From Squalus acanthias (Eukaryota): a stretch of 64,000 nucleotides of DNA. The notes beneath the pieces were generated by a model. The model searched no databases, had not been told where the DNA came from, and was given only the letters and a program-made list of their open reading frames with translations. The stretch lies in the NCBI GenBank assembly GCA_030390025.1, contig JASTWF010000288.1:434001-498000 (forward strand), written 5' to 3'. This document shows, one piece after another, positions 47,241 through 58,889 of the stretch. How positions within the stretch are numbered: position 1 is the stretch's first letter; each line of letters starts with the position of its first letter. The position numbers and the translations under genes were made by a program.

Positions 47241-48733
47241 CACTGTCGGAGGGGCAGTACTGAGGGAGCGCTGCACTGTCGGAGGGGCAGTACTGAGGGG
47301 ACCTGCACTGTCAGAGGGTCAGTACTGAAGGGGGCGCTGCACTGCCGGAGGGGCAGTAATGAGGGAGCGCCGCACTGTCAGAGGGGCAGTACTGAGGGGG
47401 TGCTGCACTGTCGGAGGGGCAGTACTGAGGGGGTGCTGCACTGTCGGAGGGTCAGTACTGAAGGGGGCGCTGCACTGTCAGAGGGGCAGTACTGAGGGAG
47501 CGTGCACTGTCGGAGGGGCAGTACTGAGTGAGCGCCGCACTGTCGGAGGATCAGTACTGATGGAGCGACGCACTGTCGGAGCGGCAGTACTGAGGGAGCG
47601 CCGAACTGTCGGAGGAGCAGTACTGAGGGAGCGACGCACCGTCGGAGGGACAGTACTGACAGAGTGATGCACTGTCGGAGGGGCAGTACTGAGGTTGCGC
47701 TGCACTGTCAGAGAGGCAGTACTAAGGGAGCGTCGCACTGTCGGAGGATCACTACTGAGGGGCGACGCACTGTCGGAGGGGCAGTACTGAGGGGCGATGC
47801 ACTGTCGGAGGGGCAGTACTGAGGGAGCGCCGCACTGTCGGAGGGACAGTACTGAGGGAATGCCGCACTGTCGGAGGGGCAGTACTGAGGGAGGGGTGCA
47901 CTGTCGGAGGAGCAGTACTGGGGGAGCGCTGTACTGTCGGACGGGCAGTACTGAGGGAGTGCTGCACTGCCGGAGGGGCAGTACTGAGGGAGTGCCGCAC
48001 TGTCAGAGGGGCGGTACTCAGAAAGCACTGCACTGTCAGACGGGTAGTACTGAGGGAGGCATGCACTTTCGGAGGGGCAGTACTGAGGGCGCGCCGCACT
48101 GTCGGAGGGCAGTACTGAGGGAATGAGGCACTGCCGGAGGGGCAGTACTGAGGGAGTGACGCACTGTCGGAGGGGCAGTACTGAGGGAGCACTGCACTGT
48201 CGGAGGGGCAGTACTGAGGGAGCGCTGTACTGTCGCAGGGGCAGTACGGAGGGAGCGACGCACCGTCGGAGGGACAGTATTAAGGGAGTGACGCACTGCC
48301 GGAGGGGCAGTACTGAGGGAGCGTCGCACTGTCGGAGGATCAGTACTGAGGGAACGACGCACTGTCGGAGGGGCAGAACTGAAGGGGGCGACGCACTGTC
48401 AGAGGGTCAGTACTGCGGGAGAGCTGTACTGTCGGAGGGGGAGTACTGAGGGAGCACTGCACTGTCAGAGGGGCAGTACTGAGGGAGCGCAGCACTGTCG
48501 GAGGGGCAGTAGTGAGGCAGTGTTGCACTGTTGGAGGGGCAGTACTGAGGGAGTGCTGCACTGTCGGAGGGGCAGTACTGAGGGAGCGCCGCACTGTTGG
48601 AGGGGCAGTACTGAGGGAGCGCCACACTGTCGGAGGGGCTGTACTGAGGGAGTGTTGCACAGTCGGAGGGGCAGTAGTGATGGAGTGCCGCACTGTCGGA
48701 GGGGCTGTACTGGGACAGCATTGCACTGTCGGA
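47241..48733 (+). repeat. 33-bp minisatellite (Deu-SINE-derived), about 45 copies
   Basis: Unit CACTGTCGGAGGGGCAGTACTGAGGGAGCGCTG; runs directly into a Deu-SINE body. Confidence 0.95.
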
Positions 48734-49755
48734 CGTGTCGTTTTAATGCAAGCGTTTAGCCGAGTGCCCCGTTTGCCATCTCAGGTGGATGTAAAATGTC
48801 CCACGGCATTATGTCGAAGAGGAGCAAAGGGGATTTCTTCCCCGGCGTCCCAGGGCCAATAGTTATCTCGCAGTCAGCATCACTTAAATCCAGATGCTCT
48901 GATCTTTATCACATTGCTGTTTGTGGTAGATTCGGTAACCATCGCCCCTTGTTGTACAGCGGCATTACCATCGCCGAATCCCCCACCATCAACATCCTGG
49001 GGATCACCATTAACCAGAAACTTAACTGGACCAGCCACATAAATACTGTGGTAACAAGAGCAGGTCAGAGGCTAGGTATTCTGCGGCGAGTGTCTCACCT
49101 CCTGACTCCCCAAAGCCTTTCCACCATCTACAAGGCACAAGTCAGGAGTGTGATGGAATACTCTCCACTTGCCTGGATGAGTGCAGCTCCAACAACACTC
49201 AAGAAGCTCGACACCATCCAGGACAAAGCAGCCCGCTAGATTGGCACCCCATCCACCACCTTAAACACTCACTCCCTCCACCACCGGCGCACCGTGGCTG
49301 CAGTGTGTACCATCTACAAGATGCACTGCAGCAACTCTCCAAGGTTTCTTCAGCAGCACCTCCCAAACCCGCGACCTCTTCCGCCTAGAAGGACAAGGGC
49401 AGCAGGCGCATGGAAACATCACCACCTCCAAGTTCCCCTACAATTCACACACCTTCCTGACTTGGAAATATATCGGCCGTTCCTTCATCGTCGCTGGGTC
49501 AAAATCCTGGAACTCCTTCCCTAACAGCACTGTGGGAGTACCATCACCACACGGACTGCAGCGGTTCAAGAAGGCGGCTCACCACCACCTTCTCGAGGGC
49601 AATTGGGGATGGGCAATAATTGATGGCTTTGCCAGCGACGCCCAGATCCCATGAATGAATTAAAAAAAAGATTGCCTGCTGCATTACAACACTTCAAAAA
49701 GTACTTCATTGGCTGTACAGGCTTCAGGACATCCTGAGGTGGTGAAAGGCGCTGG
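48734..49755 (+). mobile_element. Deu-SINE body interrupted by a LINE 3' fragment (about 48930-49670)
   Basis: SINE breaks at ATTGCTGTTTGTGG and resumes at about 49670 (TGCCTGCTGCATTACAACACTTCAAAAAGTAC); insert encodes ILGITINQKLNWTSHI..IYKAQVRSVMEY and ends in an A-rich tail. Confidence 0.75.
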
Positions 49756-49929
49756 ATAATTCTTCCTTACAGGGAGAAAGCTGGGCTGTGGGACGAAATT
49801 TGACATCTGGTTCAGCCGGCGTAGGCACAGCGGGCTGAATGGTCTCCTTCCCTGCTCTAACCTGCCCTGATTCGACATGTCCTGACTTTGTTCTCGAGCA
49901 GTTGCCCACAAGCCAAGCTGAATGAGCCA

Positions 49930-50330
49930 AGCTTGGCACTTCCTGGCTGTGTCACAATTCGAAGCAGCTGATGATTACCCGGCCAGTTACAACACCACTG
50001 TCTCCCTTCAAAAGGGAAGGAGGCTGCACGCAGTGAGCGAGTCGGTCTCAGTCCTCACTGAGCTTTGCAACACAGCATCTCCTCCAGCTCCAGGAGGAAC
50101 TAGGAGGAGGATTGAGAGGTGAAATCAGCCCAACTCTCCCACAGCTCGGACTTTCCGCTGTGTGTCCGGCGCTCTGAGAGCACTGGGCGTTGAGACAGGA
50201 GTCTCGCTCTCTCTCTCTCTCTGGCTCTGTCCCCCCGCCCTGACCGAATGGGACGCCCGATAGACGCTCTCCTACCAGCCATGCTGTGCCTGACTGCCGG
50301 TAAGTCCCAAAACCTTCCTGTTACCACAAG
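49930..50330 (+). promoter_or_regulatory. Putative TATA-less leukocyte integrin promoter / intron-1 element
   Basis: ETS-type CACTTCCT (about 49937), kB-like GGACTTTCC (about 50149), and adjacent TTCCT + ACCACA (ETS/RUNX) at about 50315-50328. Confidence 0.4.
50248..50299 (+). CDS. I-domain integrin alpha (CD11-like), exon 1, signal peptide
   Basis: MGRPIDALLPAMLCLTA, then phase-1 donor g/GTAAGT that joins exon 2 in frame. Confidence 0.75.
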
Positions 50331-50384
50331 TCTGTGAGCAACCCTAAGCAGGGCCAATGGGTTTGGAAGAGAACAAGGAGAGGA

Positions 50385-50706
50385 ACGCCCGCCTTTCACC
50401 ATCTCGGGACATCCCAAAGCGCGACGCAGCCAAGGAATAGTTTAGCCGAAGCGCGGTTGCTGTTGTACTGCAGGGAAACGCGGCGGCCAACGTACGCACA
50501 GCAGGATCCCATGAACAGCAATGTGGGAAAGACCAGATAAGCTGCTTCTTTAGTGATGCGGGTCGAGGGATAAACATTGGCCCCAGGACACCGGGGCGAT
50601 CCCCCCCCCCCTCCCCACTGCTCTTCTTCCAATCGTGTCCGTGAGATTGTATATACCCACCTGAGACGGGGCCTCAGTTTAATGTCTCGTCTGAAAGACG
50701 GCACCT
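50385..50706 (-). mobile_element. Deu-SINE body
   Basis: Reverse complement of GGTGCCGTCTTTCAGACGAGACATTAAACTGAGG...GTGAAAGGCG. Confidence 0.78.
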
Positions 50707-52155
50707 CCGACAGTGCAGCGCTCCCTCAGTACTGCCCCTCCGACAGTGCGGCGCTCCCTCAGTACTGCCCCTCCGACAGTTCAGCGCTCCCTCAGTACTG
50801 CCCCTCCGACAGTGCAGTGCTCCCTCAGTACTGCCCCTCCGACAGTGCAGCGCTCACTCAGTACTGCCCCTCCGACAGTGTGGCGCTCCCTCAGTACTGC
50901 CCCTCCGACAGTGCGGCGCTCCCTCAGTACTGCCCCTCCGACAGTTCAGCGCTCCCTCAGTACTGCCCCTCCGACAGTTCAGCGCTCCCTCAGTACTGCC
51001 CCTCCGACAGTACGGCGCTCCCTCAGTACTGCCCCTCCGACAGTGCGGCGCTCCCTCAGTACTGCCCCTCCGACAGTACGGCGCTCCCTCAGTACTGCTC
51101 CTCCGACAGTGCGGCACTCCCTCAGTACTGCCCCTCCGACAGTGCAGCACTCCCTCAGTACTACCCCTCTGACAGTGCGGCACTCACTCAGTACTGTCCC
51201 TCCAACAGTGCAGCGCTCCCTCAGTACTGCCCCTCCGACAGTGCAGCGCTCCCTCAGTACTGCCCCTCCGACAGTGCAGTGCTCCTTCAGTACTGCCCCT
51301 CCGACAGTGTGGCGCTCCCTCAGTACTGACCCTCCGACAATGTGGCGCTCCCTCAGTACTGACCCTCCGACAGTGCGGCGCTCCCTCAGTACTGACCCTC
51401 CGACAATGTGGCGCTCCCTCAGTACTGACCCTCCGACAATGTGGCGCTCCCTCAGTACTGACCCTCCGACAGTGCGGCACTCCCTCAGTACTGACCCTCC
51501 GACAGTGCAGCGCTCCCTCAGTACTGCCCCTCCGACAGTGCGACACTCCCTCAGTACTGCCCCTCTGACAGTGCGACGCTCCCTCAGTACTGCCCCTCCG
51601 ACAGTGTGGCGCTCCCTCAGTACTGACCCTCCGACAGTGTGGCGCTCCCTCAGTACTGACCCTCCGACAATGCGGCTCTCCCTCAGTACTGCCCCTGCGA
51701 CAGTGCAGCGCTCCCTCAGTACTGCCCCTCCGATAGTGCGGCGCTCCCTCAGTACTGCCCCTCCGACAGTGCAGCGCTCCCTCAGTACTGCCCCTCCGAC
51801 AGTGCGGTGCTCCCTCAGTACTGCCCCTCCGACAGTGCAGCGCTCCCTCAGTACTGCCCCTCCGATAGTGCGGTGCTCCCTCAGTACTGCCCCTCCGACA
51901 GTGCGGCACTCCCTCAGTACTGCCCCTCCGACAGTGCGGCGCTCCCTCAGTACTGCCCCTCTGACAGTGCGGCGCTCCCTCAGTACTGCCCCTCCGATAG
52001 TGCGGCGCTCCCTCAGTACTGCCCCTCCGATAGTGCGGCGCTCCCTCAGTACTGCCCCTCCGACAGTGCGGCACTCCCTCAGTACTGCCCCTCCGACAGT
52101 GCGGCGCTCCCTCAGTACTGCCCCTCCGACAGTGCGGCACTCCCTCAGTACTGCC
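50707..52155 (-). repeat. 33-bp minisatellite, about 44 copies, reverse orientation
   Basis: Unit CAGTGCGGCGCTCCCTCAGTACTGCCCCTCCGA. Confidence 0.95.
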
Positions 52156-52889
52156 TTCTCCTGTTCCTGTGTAAAGGGCTCGAGGGGCTGAACGGCCTCC
52201 TCCTGTTCCTTTCCCTATCCTGCAACAGTCCGATGGATCGCGCTCTCTCGATCTCCATATTGGAAGCGTGGGATCTCGTGTTCCGCCAGTCTAATTTCTA
52301 GGCTGGTGATTCCTCTGTGGGAAGAGTCCCACGATTCCCTCCCCCGCAGCCCCCCCCCCGACTATTCAAACAGAGGGGTAGCACAAACACACGCAGGGAG
52401 CGTGCAAACGGTGCCCTATCCCAGCAGGGTGCGAGTTGCCGGGCTGGTCTCCCATTCCGTCAGCCAGGGGGTGGCTGTCTTGGGTCCGTACCCATTGTCC
52501 GCTGAGTTGTTTGATCTGGGCTGAGGTTGGCGTTTGGTGTCAGCTCCTGCCCTGGGTTAAGCAGTGGAGGACAATTTTTTATTATTAATTCATGGGATGT
52601 CGGTGCCGCTGGCAAGGCCGCCATTTTTCGCCCATCCCTCGTTGCCCTGGAGACGGTGGTGGTGAGCTGCCATTTCAGAGGGCGGTTTAGAGTCAACCAC
52701 ATCGCTGTGGGTCTGGAGTCACAAATCAGCCGGACCGGGTAAGGACGGCAGATTTCCCTCCCTAAAGGACATTAGTGAACCAGATTGTTTTTTACGACAA
52801 TCCGGTATTGACATGGTCACCATTACAGACACTAGCTTTTTATTCCAGATTTATTTGATTAACTGAATTTAAATTGCTCTGCCCCCCAG

Positions 52890-52995
52890 GGCTGCTGCCT
52901 GTTCACAGTTTCAACATGGAGACGGAGAATCCAGTTTCCTTCTCTCAAGACCAGCGCTCGCAGTTTGGCCACACGGTGACTCAGTTCCAAGACTG
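52890..52995 (+). CDS. Integrin alpha exon 2 (mature N-terminus)
   Basis: 106 bp, AG/GT bounded; GLLPVHS-FNMETENPVSFSQDQRSQFGHTVTQFQD(W): FN start and FG motif of beta-propeller repeat 1. Confidence 0.88.
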
Positions 52996-53019
52996 GTAGG
53001 TCCAGACAGCAACTCTCGC

Positions 53020-53280
53020 TCTGACCCCTGACCCTCCGCACTCACTCACTGACCCGCCTCACTCTCCCACTGACCTCTGACCCTCCTCACTTACTCAATG
53101 ACCCCTGACCCTCCTCACTCACTCAATGACCTCTGACCCTCTTCACTCTCCCACTGACCCCTGACCCTCCTCACTCACTCGATGACCTCTGAAACTCCTC
53201 ACTGAATTACCTCTCACCCTCCTCACTCACTCAATGACCCCTGACCCTCATCTCTCACTCAATGATTATCTGACCCCTAT
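53020..53280. repeat. Degenerate short tandem repeat in intron 2
   Basis: Recurring CTCACTCAATGACCCCTGACCCTC variants. Confidence 0.8.
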
Positions 53281-53442
53281 CAGTTGCTTCTGAATTTCCA
53301 TCAGTAGGGATGTCACGTGCCATCCACCTTGACCCCAATCACACCACGTTTCAGGCCCGTGAACCCGCAGAAGTTTATCGAGTGCTTGAATCGAGATCCA
53401 GCCCCGATGTGTACATGATGGTGGTACACGGAGAAGTGGAGA

Positions 53443-54830
53443 GGATCAGAGGAGCGCAGGTGCACAAATCCCTGAAGGGAGCAGGACAGGTAGATAAGGT
53501 GGCTAAGAAGGCAGACGGGATACTTGCCTTTATTAGCTGAGGCATAGAATATAACAGCAGCGAGGTTATGCTTGAACTGTATAAAACACTAGTTAGGCCA
53601 CAGCTAGAGTACTGCGTACAGTTCTGCTCACCACATTACAGGAAGGATGTGATTGCACGAGAGAGGGTACAGAGGAAATTTATGAGGATGTTGCCTAAAC
53701 TGGAGAATTTTAGCTATGAGGAAAGATTGGATAGGCTGGAGTTGTTTTCTTTGGAACAGAGGAGGCTGACGCGAGATTTAATTCAGGTGTATAAAATTAT
53801 GAGGGGCCTAGATAAAGTGGATAGGAAGGACCTATTTAACAGAGTGGTCAATAACCAGGGGGCTTAAATTTAAAGTAATTGGTAGAAAGATTAGAGGGGA
53901 GTTGACAAGAACTTTTTTCACCCAGAGTGTGGTGGGGTTCTGGAACTCACTGCCTGAAAGGGTGGTAGAGGTAGAAACCCTCATCACATTTAAAAAGCAC
54001 TTGGACATATTTTTAAAAATTCGTTTTATGGGATGTGGGCGTCGCTGGCAAGGCCAGCATTTATTGCCCATCCCTAATTGCCCTTGAGAAGGTGGTGGTG
54101 AGCCGCCTTCTTGAACCGCTGCACTTGAAGATCCGTAAACTGCAAGGCTATGGACCAAGAGCTGGGAAGTGGGATTAGGCTCTTTCTTGACCAGCACGGA
54201 CATGATGGGCCGAATGGCCTCTTCCGTGTCGTAAATTACTATGATTCTATGATCAGTCTGGTGTGTTCAAGCACTTGGAGAGGGTGCAGAAGAGATTTAC
54301 TAGAATGAAGTGGAGAAGCTGGGATTGTTCTCCTCAGAACAGAGAAGGTTAAGGGGAGATTGACCAGAATGGTACCAGGGATGAGGGACTTCAGTTATGT
54401 GGAGAGACTGGAGAAGCTGGAGTTGTTCTCCTTAGAGCAGAGAAGGTTAAGGAGAGATTTGATAGAGGTGTTCAAAATCACGAGGGGTCTGGACAGAGTA
54501 AATAAGGAGAAACTGTTTCCAGTGGCAGGAGGGTCGATAACCAGAGGACACAGATTTAAGGTGATTGGCAAAATAACCAGAGGGGGAGATGAGGAAACAT
54601 AATTTTAGGCAGCGAGTTGTTGTGATCTGGAATGCGCTGCCTGAAAGGGCGGTGGAAACAGATTCAATAGTAACTTTCAAAAGGGAATTGGATAAATACT
54701 TGATAGTGGAAATATGCACGCATGGGGGGAAAGAGCAGGGGAGTGGGATTAATTGGAGAGCTCTTTCAAAGAGCCTGCACAGGCACGATGGGCCGAATGG
54801 CCTCTTTCTGTGCTTTAAAAGTCAATGATT
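53443..54830 (+). mobile_element. Stacked CR1 3' fragments
   Basis: RPQLEYCVQF, LFSLEQRRL, two CR1 tails; short inverted tail of another LINE at about 54010-54125. Confidence 0.85.
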
Positions 54831-54860
54831 TGGTGATGTATATTCATCTCTCTGATGCAG

Positions 54861-54967
54861 GATGTTGGTCAGTGCCCCGCTAATGGAGGATGACAAAGGA
54901 GTTCGCACTGGTGCAATCTACAAATGCAAATACAATCAGAGAGCATGCAACAAGATCAACATCAACC
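54861..54967 (+). CDS. Integrin alpha exon 3 (GAP motif)
   Basis: 107 bp, tgcAG / GTAAGG; MLVSAPLMEDDKGVRTGAIYKCKYNQRACNKININ resembles CD11 VVGAP...GSLYQCDY..GSCEPI. Confidence 0.9.
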
Positions 54968-55000
54968 GTAAGGGGTCTAAAATTATTACCTTTATTACAG

Positions 55001-55921
55001 AGGGTCAGTACTGAGGGAGCGCCGCACTGTCGGAGGGGCTGTACTGAAGGAGCGACGCACTGTCGGAGGGGCAGTACTGAGGGAGTGCAGCACTGTCGGA
55101 GGGGCAATACTGAGGGAGTGCAGCACAGTCGGAGGGGCAGTACTGAGGGAGCGCCGCACTGTCGGAGGGGCAATACGGAGGGAGCGCTGCACTGTCGGAG
55201 GGGCAGTACTGAGGGAGCGCTGCACTGTCGGAGGGGCAGTACTGAGGGAGCGCTGCACTGTCGGAGGGGCAGTACTGAGGGAGCGCTGCACTGTCGTTGG
55301 GGCAGTACTGAGGGAGTGCTGCACTGTCGGAGGGGCTGTACTGAGGGAGTGCTGCACTGTTGGAGGGGCAGTACTGAGGGAGTGCTGCACTGTTGGAGGG
55401 GCAGTACTGAGGGAGTGCTGCACTGTCGGAGTGCAGTACTGAGGGAGCATTGCACTGTCGGAGGGGCAGTACTGAGGGAGCGCTGCACTGTCGGAGGGGC
55501 AGTACTGAGGGAGCGCTGCACTGTCAGAGGGGCAGTACTGAGGGAGCGCTGCACTGTCGGAGGGGCAGTACTGAGGGAGCGCTGCACTGTCGGAGGGGCA
55601 GTACTGAGGGAGTGCTGCACTGTCGGAGGGGCTGTACTGAGGGAGTGCTGCACTGTCGGAGGGGCAGTACTGAGGGAGCGCCGCACTGTCGGAGGAGCAG
55701 TACTGAGGGAGCGCCGCACTGTCGGAGGGGCAGTACTGAGGGAGCGCCGCACTGTCGGAGGGGCAGTACTGAGGGAGCGCCGCACTGTCGGAGGGGCAGT
55801 ACTGAGGGAGCGCCGCATTGTCGGAGGGGCAGTACTGAGGGAGCGCCGCACTGTCGGAGGGGCAGTACTGAGGGAGCGCTGCACTGTTAGAGGGGCAGTA
55901 CTGAGGGAGCGCCGCACTGTC
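55001..55921 (+). repeat. 33-bp minisatellite, about 28 copies, followed by a Deu-SINE body (to about 56195)
   Basis: Same unit; continues into TTTCGGATGAGACGTTAAACCGA. Confidence 0.95.
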
Positions 55922-56329
55922 ATGATTTCGGATGAGACGTTAAACCGAAAGCTCCATCTGCTCCCTCAGTTGGACTTATAATATCCCGCGGCCACTGTTG
56001 GAGCAGGGGAGTTCTCCCCGGTGTCCTAGGACCAATATTTATCCCTCAATCAACATCTCTAAAATGATCAGTTTATTATCACAGTGCTGTTTGTGGGAGC
56101 TTGCTGTGCTTAAATTGGCTGTCACGTTTCCCACATTAGAACAGTGACTACACTTCAAAAGTACTTCATTGGCTGTGAAGTGCTTTGGGATGTTCGTTTA
56201 CCCGCTGTGTACTGTACATGTACAGGAGCTGACAGAGACACACATTGGCCATACAGTACCACGTGGCAGTGATTATGTCATTAATCTATTAAGAAGAATT
56301 ATGTTTTATCCCTTTTGATTTCAAACCAG

Positions 56330-56397
56330 TGCCAAAAGGAACGAAGAATCTCGGTCTCTCAATAACAACAGGTGATTCAGCACAACCGAAGGCTGTT
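56330..56397 (+). CDS. Integrin alpha exon 4
   Basis: 68 bp, ccAG / GTAAGT; LPKGTKNLGLSITTGDSAQPKAV (LGLS motif); phases match neighbouring exons. Confidence 0.85.
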
Positions 56398-56405
56398 GTA
56401 AGTAT

Positions 56406-56915
56406 CTACACTGTCCCCTCAAACACTCCCAGGGCAGGTACAGCACGGGGTTAGATACAGAGTAAAGCTCCCTCTACACTGTCCCCTCAAACACTCCCAG
56501 GGCAGGTACAGCACGGGTTAGATACAGAGTAAAGCTCCCTCTACACTGTCCCCTCAAACACTCCCAGGGCAGGTACAGCACGTGTTAGATACAGAGTAAA
56601 GCTCCCTCTACACTGTCCCCTCAAACACTCCCAGGGCAGGTACAGCACGGGTTAGATACAGAGTAAAGCTCCCTCTACACTGTCCCAACTAACACTCCCA
56701 GGGCAGGTACAGCACGGGTTAGATACAGAGTAAAGCTCCCTCTACACTGTCCCATCACACACTCCCAGGGCAGGTACAGCACGGGTTAGATACAGAGTAA
56801 AGCTCCCTCTACACTGTCCCATCAAACACTACCAGGGCAGGTTAGATACTGAGTAAAGCTCCCTCTCCACTGTTCCATCAAACACTCCCGGGGCAGGTAC
56901 AGCACGGGGTTAGAT
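56406..56915 (-). repeat. 67-bp satellite, reverse orientation, about 7 copies
   Basis: Reverse complement of the 4936-6803 unit. Confidence 0.93.
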
Positions 56916-56969
56916 AAAGTTGATCCATGGTCTTTATAAACTCACTGATCTGCTCACTTTCTCCATTGG

Positions 56970-57441
56970 TGTCAGCTGTGGCTCAGTTGGTAGCACACTT
57001 GCCACTGTGCCACAAGGTTGTGGGTTCAAGTCCCACTCCACGAGACTTGAACACATAAAGCTAGGTTGACAATCCAGTGCAGTGATGAGGGAGTGCTGCA
57101 CTGTCGGAGGTGCCGTCTTTCGGATGAGACGTTAAACCGAGGCCCCGTCTGCGCTCTCAGGTGGACGTAAAAGATCCCATGGCATTATTTCGAAGAAGAG
57201 CAGGGGAGTTATCCCTGGTGTCCTGGCCAATATTTATCCCTCAACCAACATAACAAAAAAAATAGATTATCTGGTCATTATCACATTGCTGTTTGTGGGA
57301 GCTTGCTGTGCGCAAATTGGCTGCAGAGTTTCCCATATTACAACAGTGACTCCACTTCAAAAAGGTACTTCATTGTCTGTAAAGCTCTTTGAGACGTCCG
57401 GTGGTCGTGAAAGGCGCTATAGAAATGCAAGTCTTTCTTTT
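56970..57441 (+). mobile_element. Complete tRNA-headed Deu-SINE
   Basis: A box TGGCTCAGTTGG, B box GGTTCAAGTCC, Deu core GTGCCGTCTTTCGGATGAGACGTTAAACCGAGG, tail TGAAAGGCGCTATAGAAATGCAAGTCTTTCTTT. Confidence 0.88.
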
Positions 57442-57446
57442 ATTAG

Positions 57447-57561
57447 ACCTGCGTTCCAAGGTTCTCGTATGAATGCCACACGAACACCTACATCAACGGT
57501 TACTGTGACGTTTTGGATTCGTCTTTGACCCCGTCACGGAGGGTTCCGAATAAGCTGCCAG
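57447..57561 (+). CDS. Integrin alpha exon 5
   Basis: 115 bp, ttAG / GTAATC; TCVPRFSYECHTNTYINGYCDVLDSSLTPSRRVPNKLP matches the CD11 pattern AC.P.....C..N.Y..G.C. Confidence 0.9.
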
Positions 57562-57864
57562 GTAATCGCCCCCTTGTCCTCCAGACCCCGATGGGTCAAT
57601 CAGTCGCAGATGTTCAGGGCAAGTTTGAGGTCCCTCCGAGCACCGCGGAAATAGCTGGACACAGGGACAGGAGGAGGCCGTTCAGCCCCTCGAGCCTGTT
57701 ATCCCATTCAATCAGATCGTGACTGTTCTGTACACAGGGACAGGAGGAGGCCGTTCAGCCCCTCGAGCCTGTTATCCCATTCAATCAGATCATGACTGTT
57801 CTGTATATGGGTAAAGGAGGAGGCCATTCAGCCTCTTGAACCTGTTCCATCATGTCAAGTGTTT

Positions 57865-58395
57865 GACTCCTTATCTAAGGAAGGATATACTTGCCTTAGA
57901 GGCGGTCCAACAAAGGTTCACTAGCTTGATCCCTGGGATGAGTGTGTTGTCCTATGAGGAGAGATTGAGTAGACTGGGCCTATACTCTCTGGAGATTAGA
58001 AGAATGAGAGGTGATCTCATTGAAACATATAAAATTCTTACAGGGCTTGACAGGGTAGATGCTGAGAGGATGTTTCCCCTGGCTGGGGAGTCTAGAACCA
58101 GGGGTCACATTCCCAGGATAAGGGGTCAGCCATTTAGGACTGAGATGAGGAGAAATTTCTTCACTCAAAGGGTTGTGAATCTTTGGAATTCTCTACCCCA
58201 GAGGGCTGTGGATGCTCAGTCGTTGAGTATATTCAAGACTGAGATCGATAGATTTTTGGACACTAGGTGGAATCAAGGGATATGGGAAAGTGGGGTTGAG
58301 GTAGAAGATCAGCCATGATCTCATTGAATGGCGGAGCAGGCTCGAGGGGCCGAATGGCCGACTCCTGCTCCTAATTCTGATGTTGCATATGTTTC
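57865..58395 (+). mobile_element. CR1 3' fragment
   Basis: PYLRKDILALE...FFTQRVVNLWNSLP plus tail. Confidence 0.87.
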
Positions 58396-58889
58396 TTGTG
58401 TCATTCTATTGCATCTGTGAGTCTCTCTTTCTCTATCGAGCTGGCTATGTATATGTCTATTAATCTGTCTATCTATCTGTACATCTCTCTGCTTATCCCT
58501 ATCTCCTCCTGTCTCTATCTCTCCATCCATTATCCATTCACCGATGTATCTATCGAGCTCTCTATCTCAAACTATGTCTCCCCATTCATACCTCTGTCTG
58601 TAGGCTCAGAGGGCGAATTTCAAGAGCCGCATTCAGGTAAACTTTATATAGTGTGGTTGGAAACAGAGAGAGCCGTGTGTGCCCATGATGGGAGAGAGAA
58701 AGAGGAAAGACTTTAGTGATTGTATACCTATCGGATTTGTGGATTGTCTCTAATCTGGGATGTTCTATAAAGTTCAGAAAGTGTATTAAGCTGAGAGAAG
58801 GACTCAGGATACTTTAGGGAAGGAAACCTGTCACCCTTACTCGGTCTGCCCTATACGTGACTTCAGTCCCACACCAGCGTGTTTTACAC

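Noticed and set aside
47241-55981. Repetitive 11-aa ORFs (HCRRGSTEGAL, QYCPSDSAALP) and a CRISPR-like look
   Set aside because: 33-bp minisatellite open in several frames; no unique spacers, no cas genes, eukaryotic context.
56970-57050. tRNA-like sequences here and at about 31785-31850
   Set aside because: SINE heads followed by Deu or V cores, not tRNA genes.
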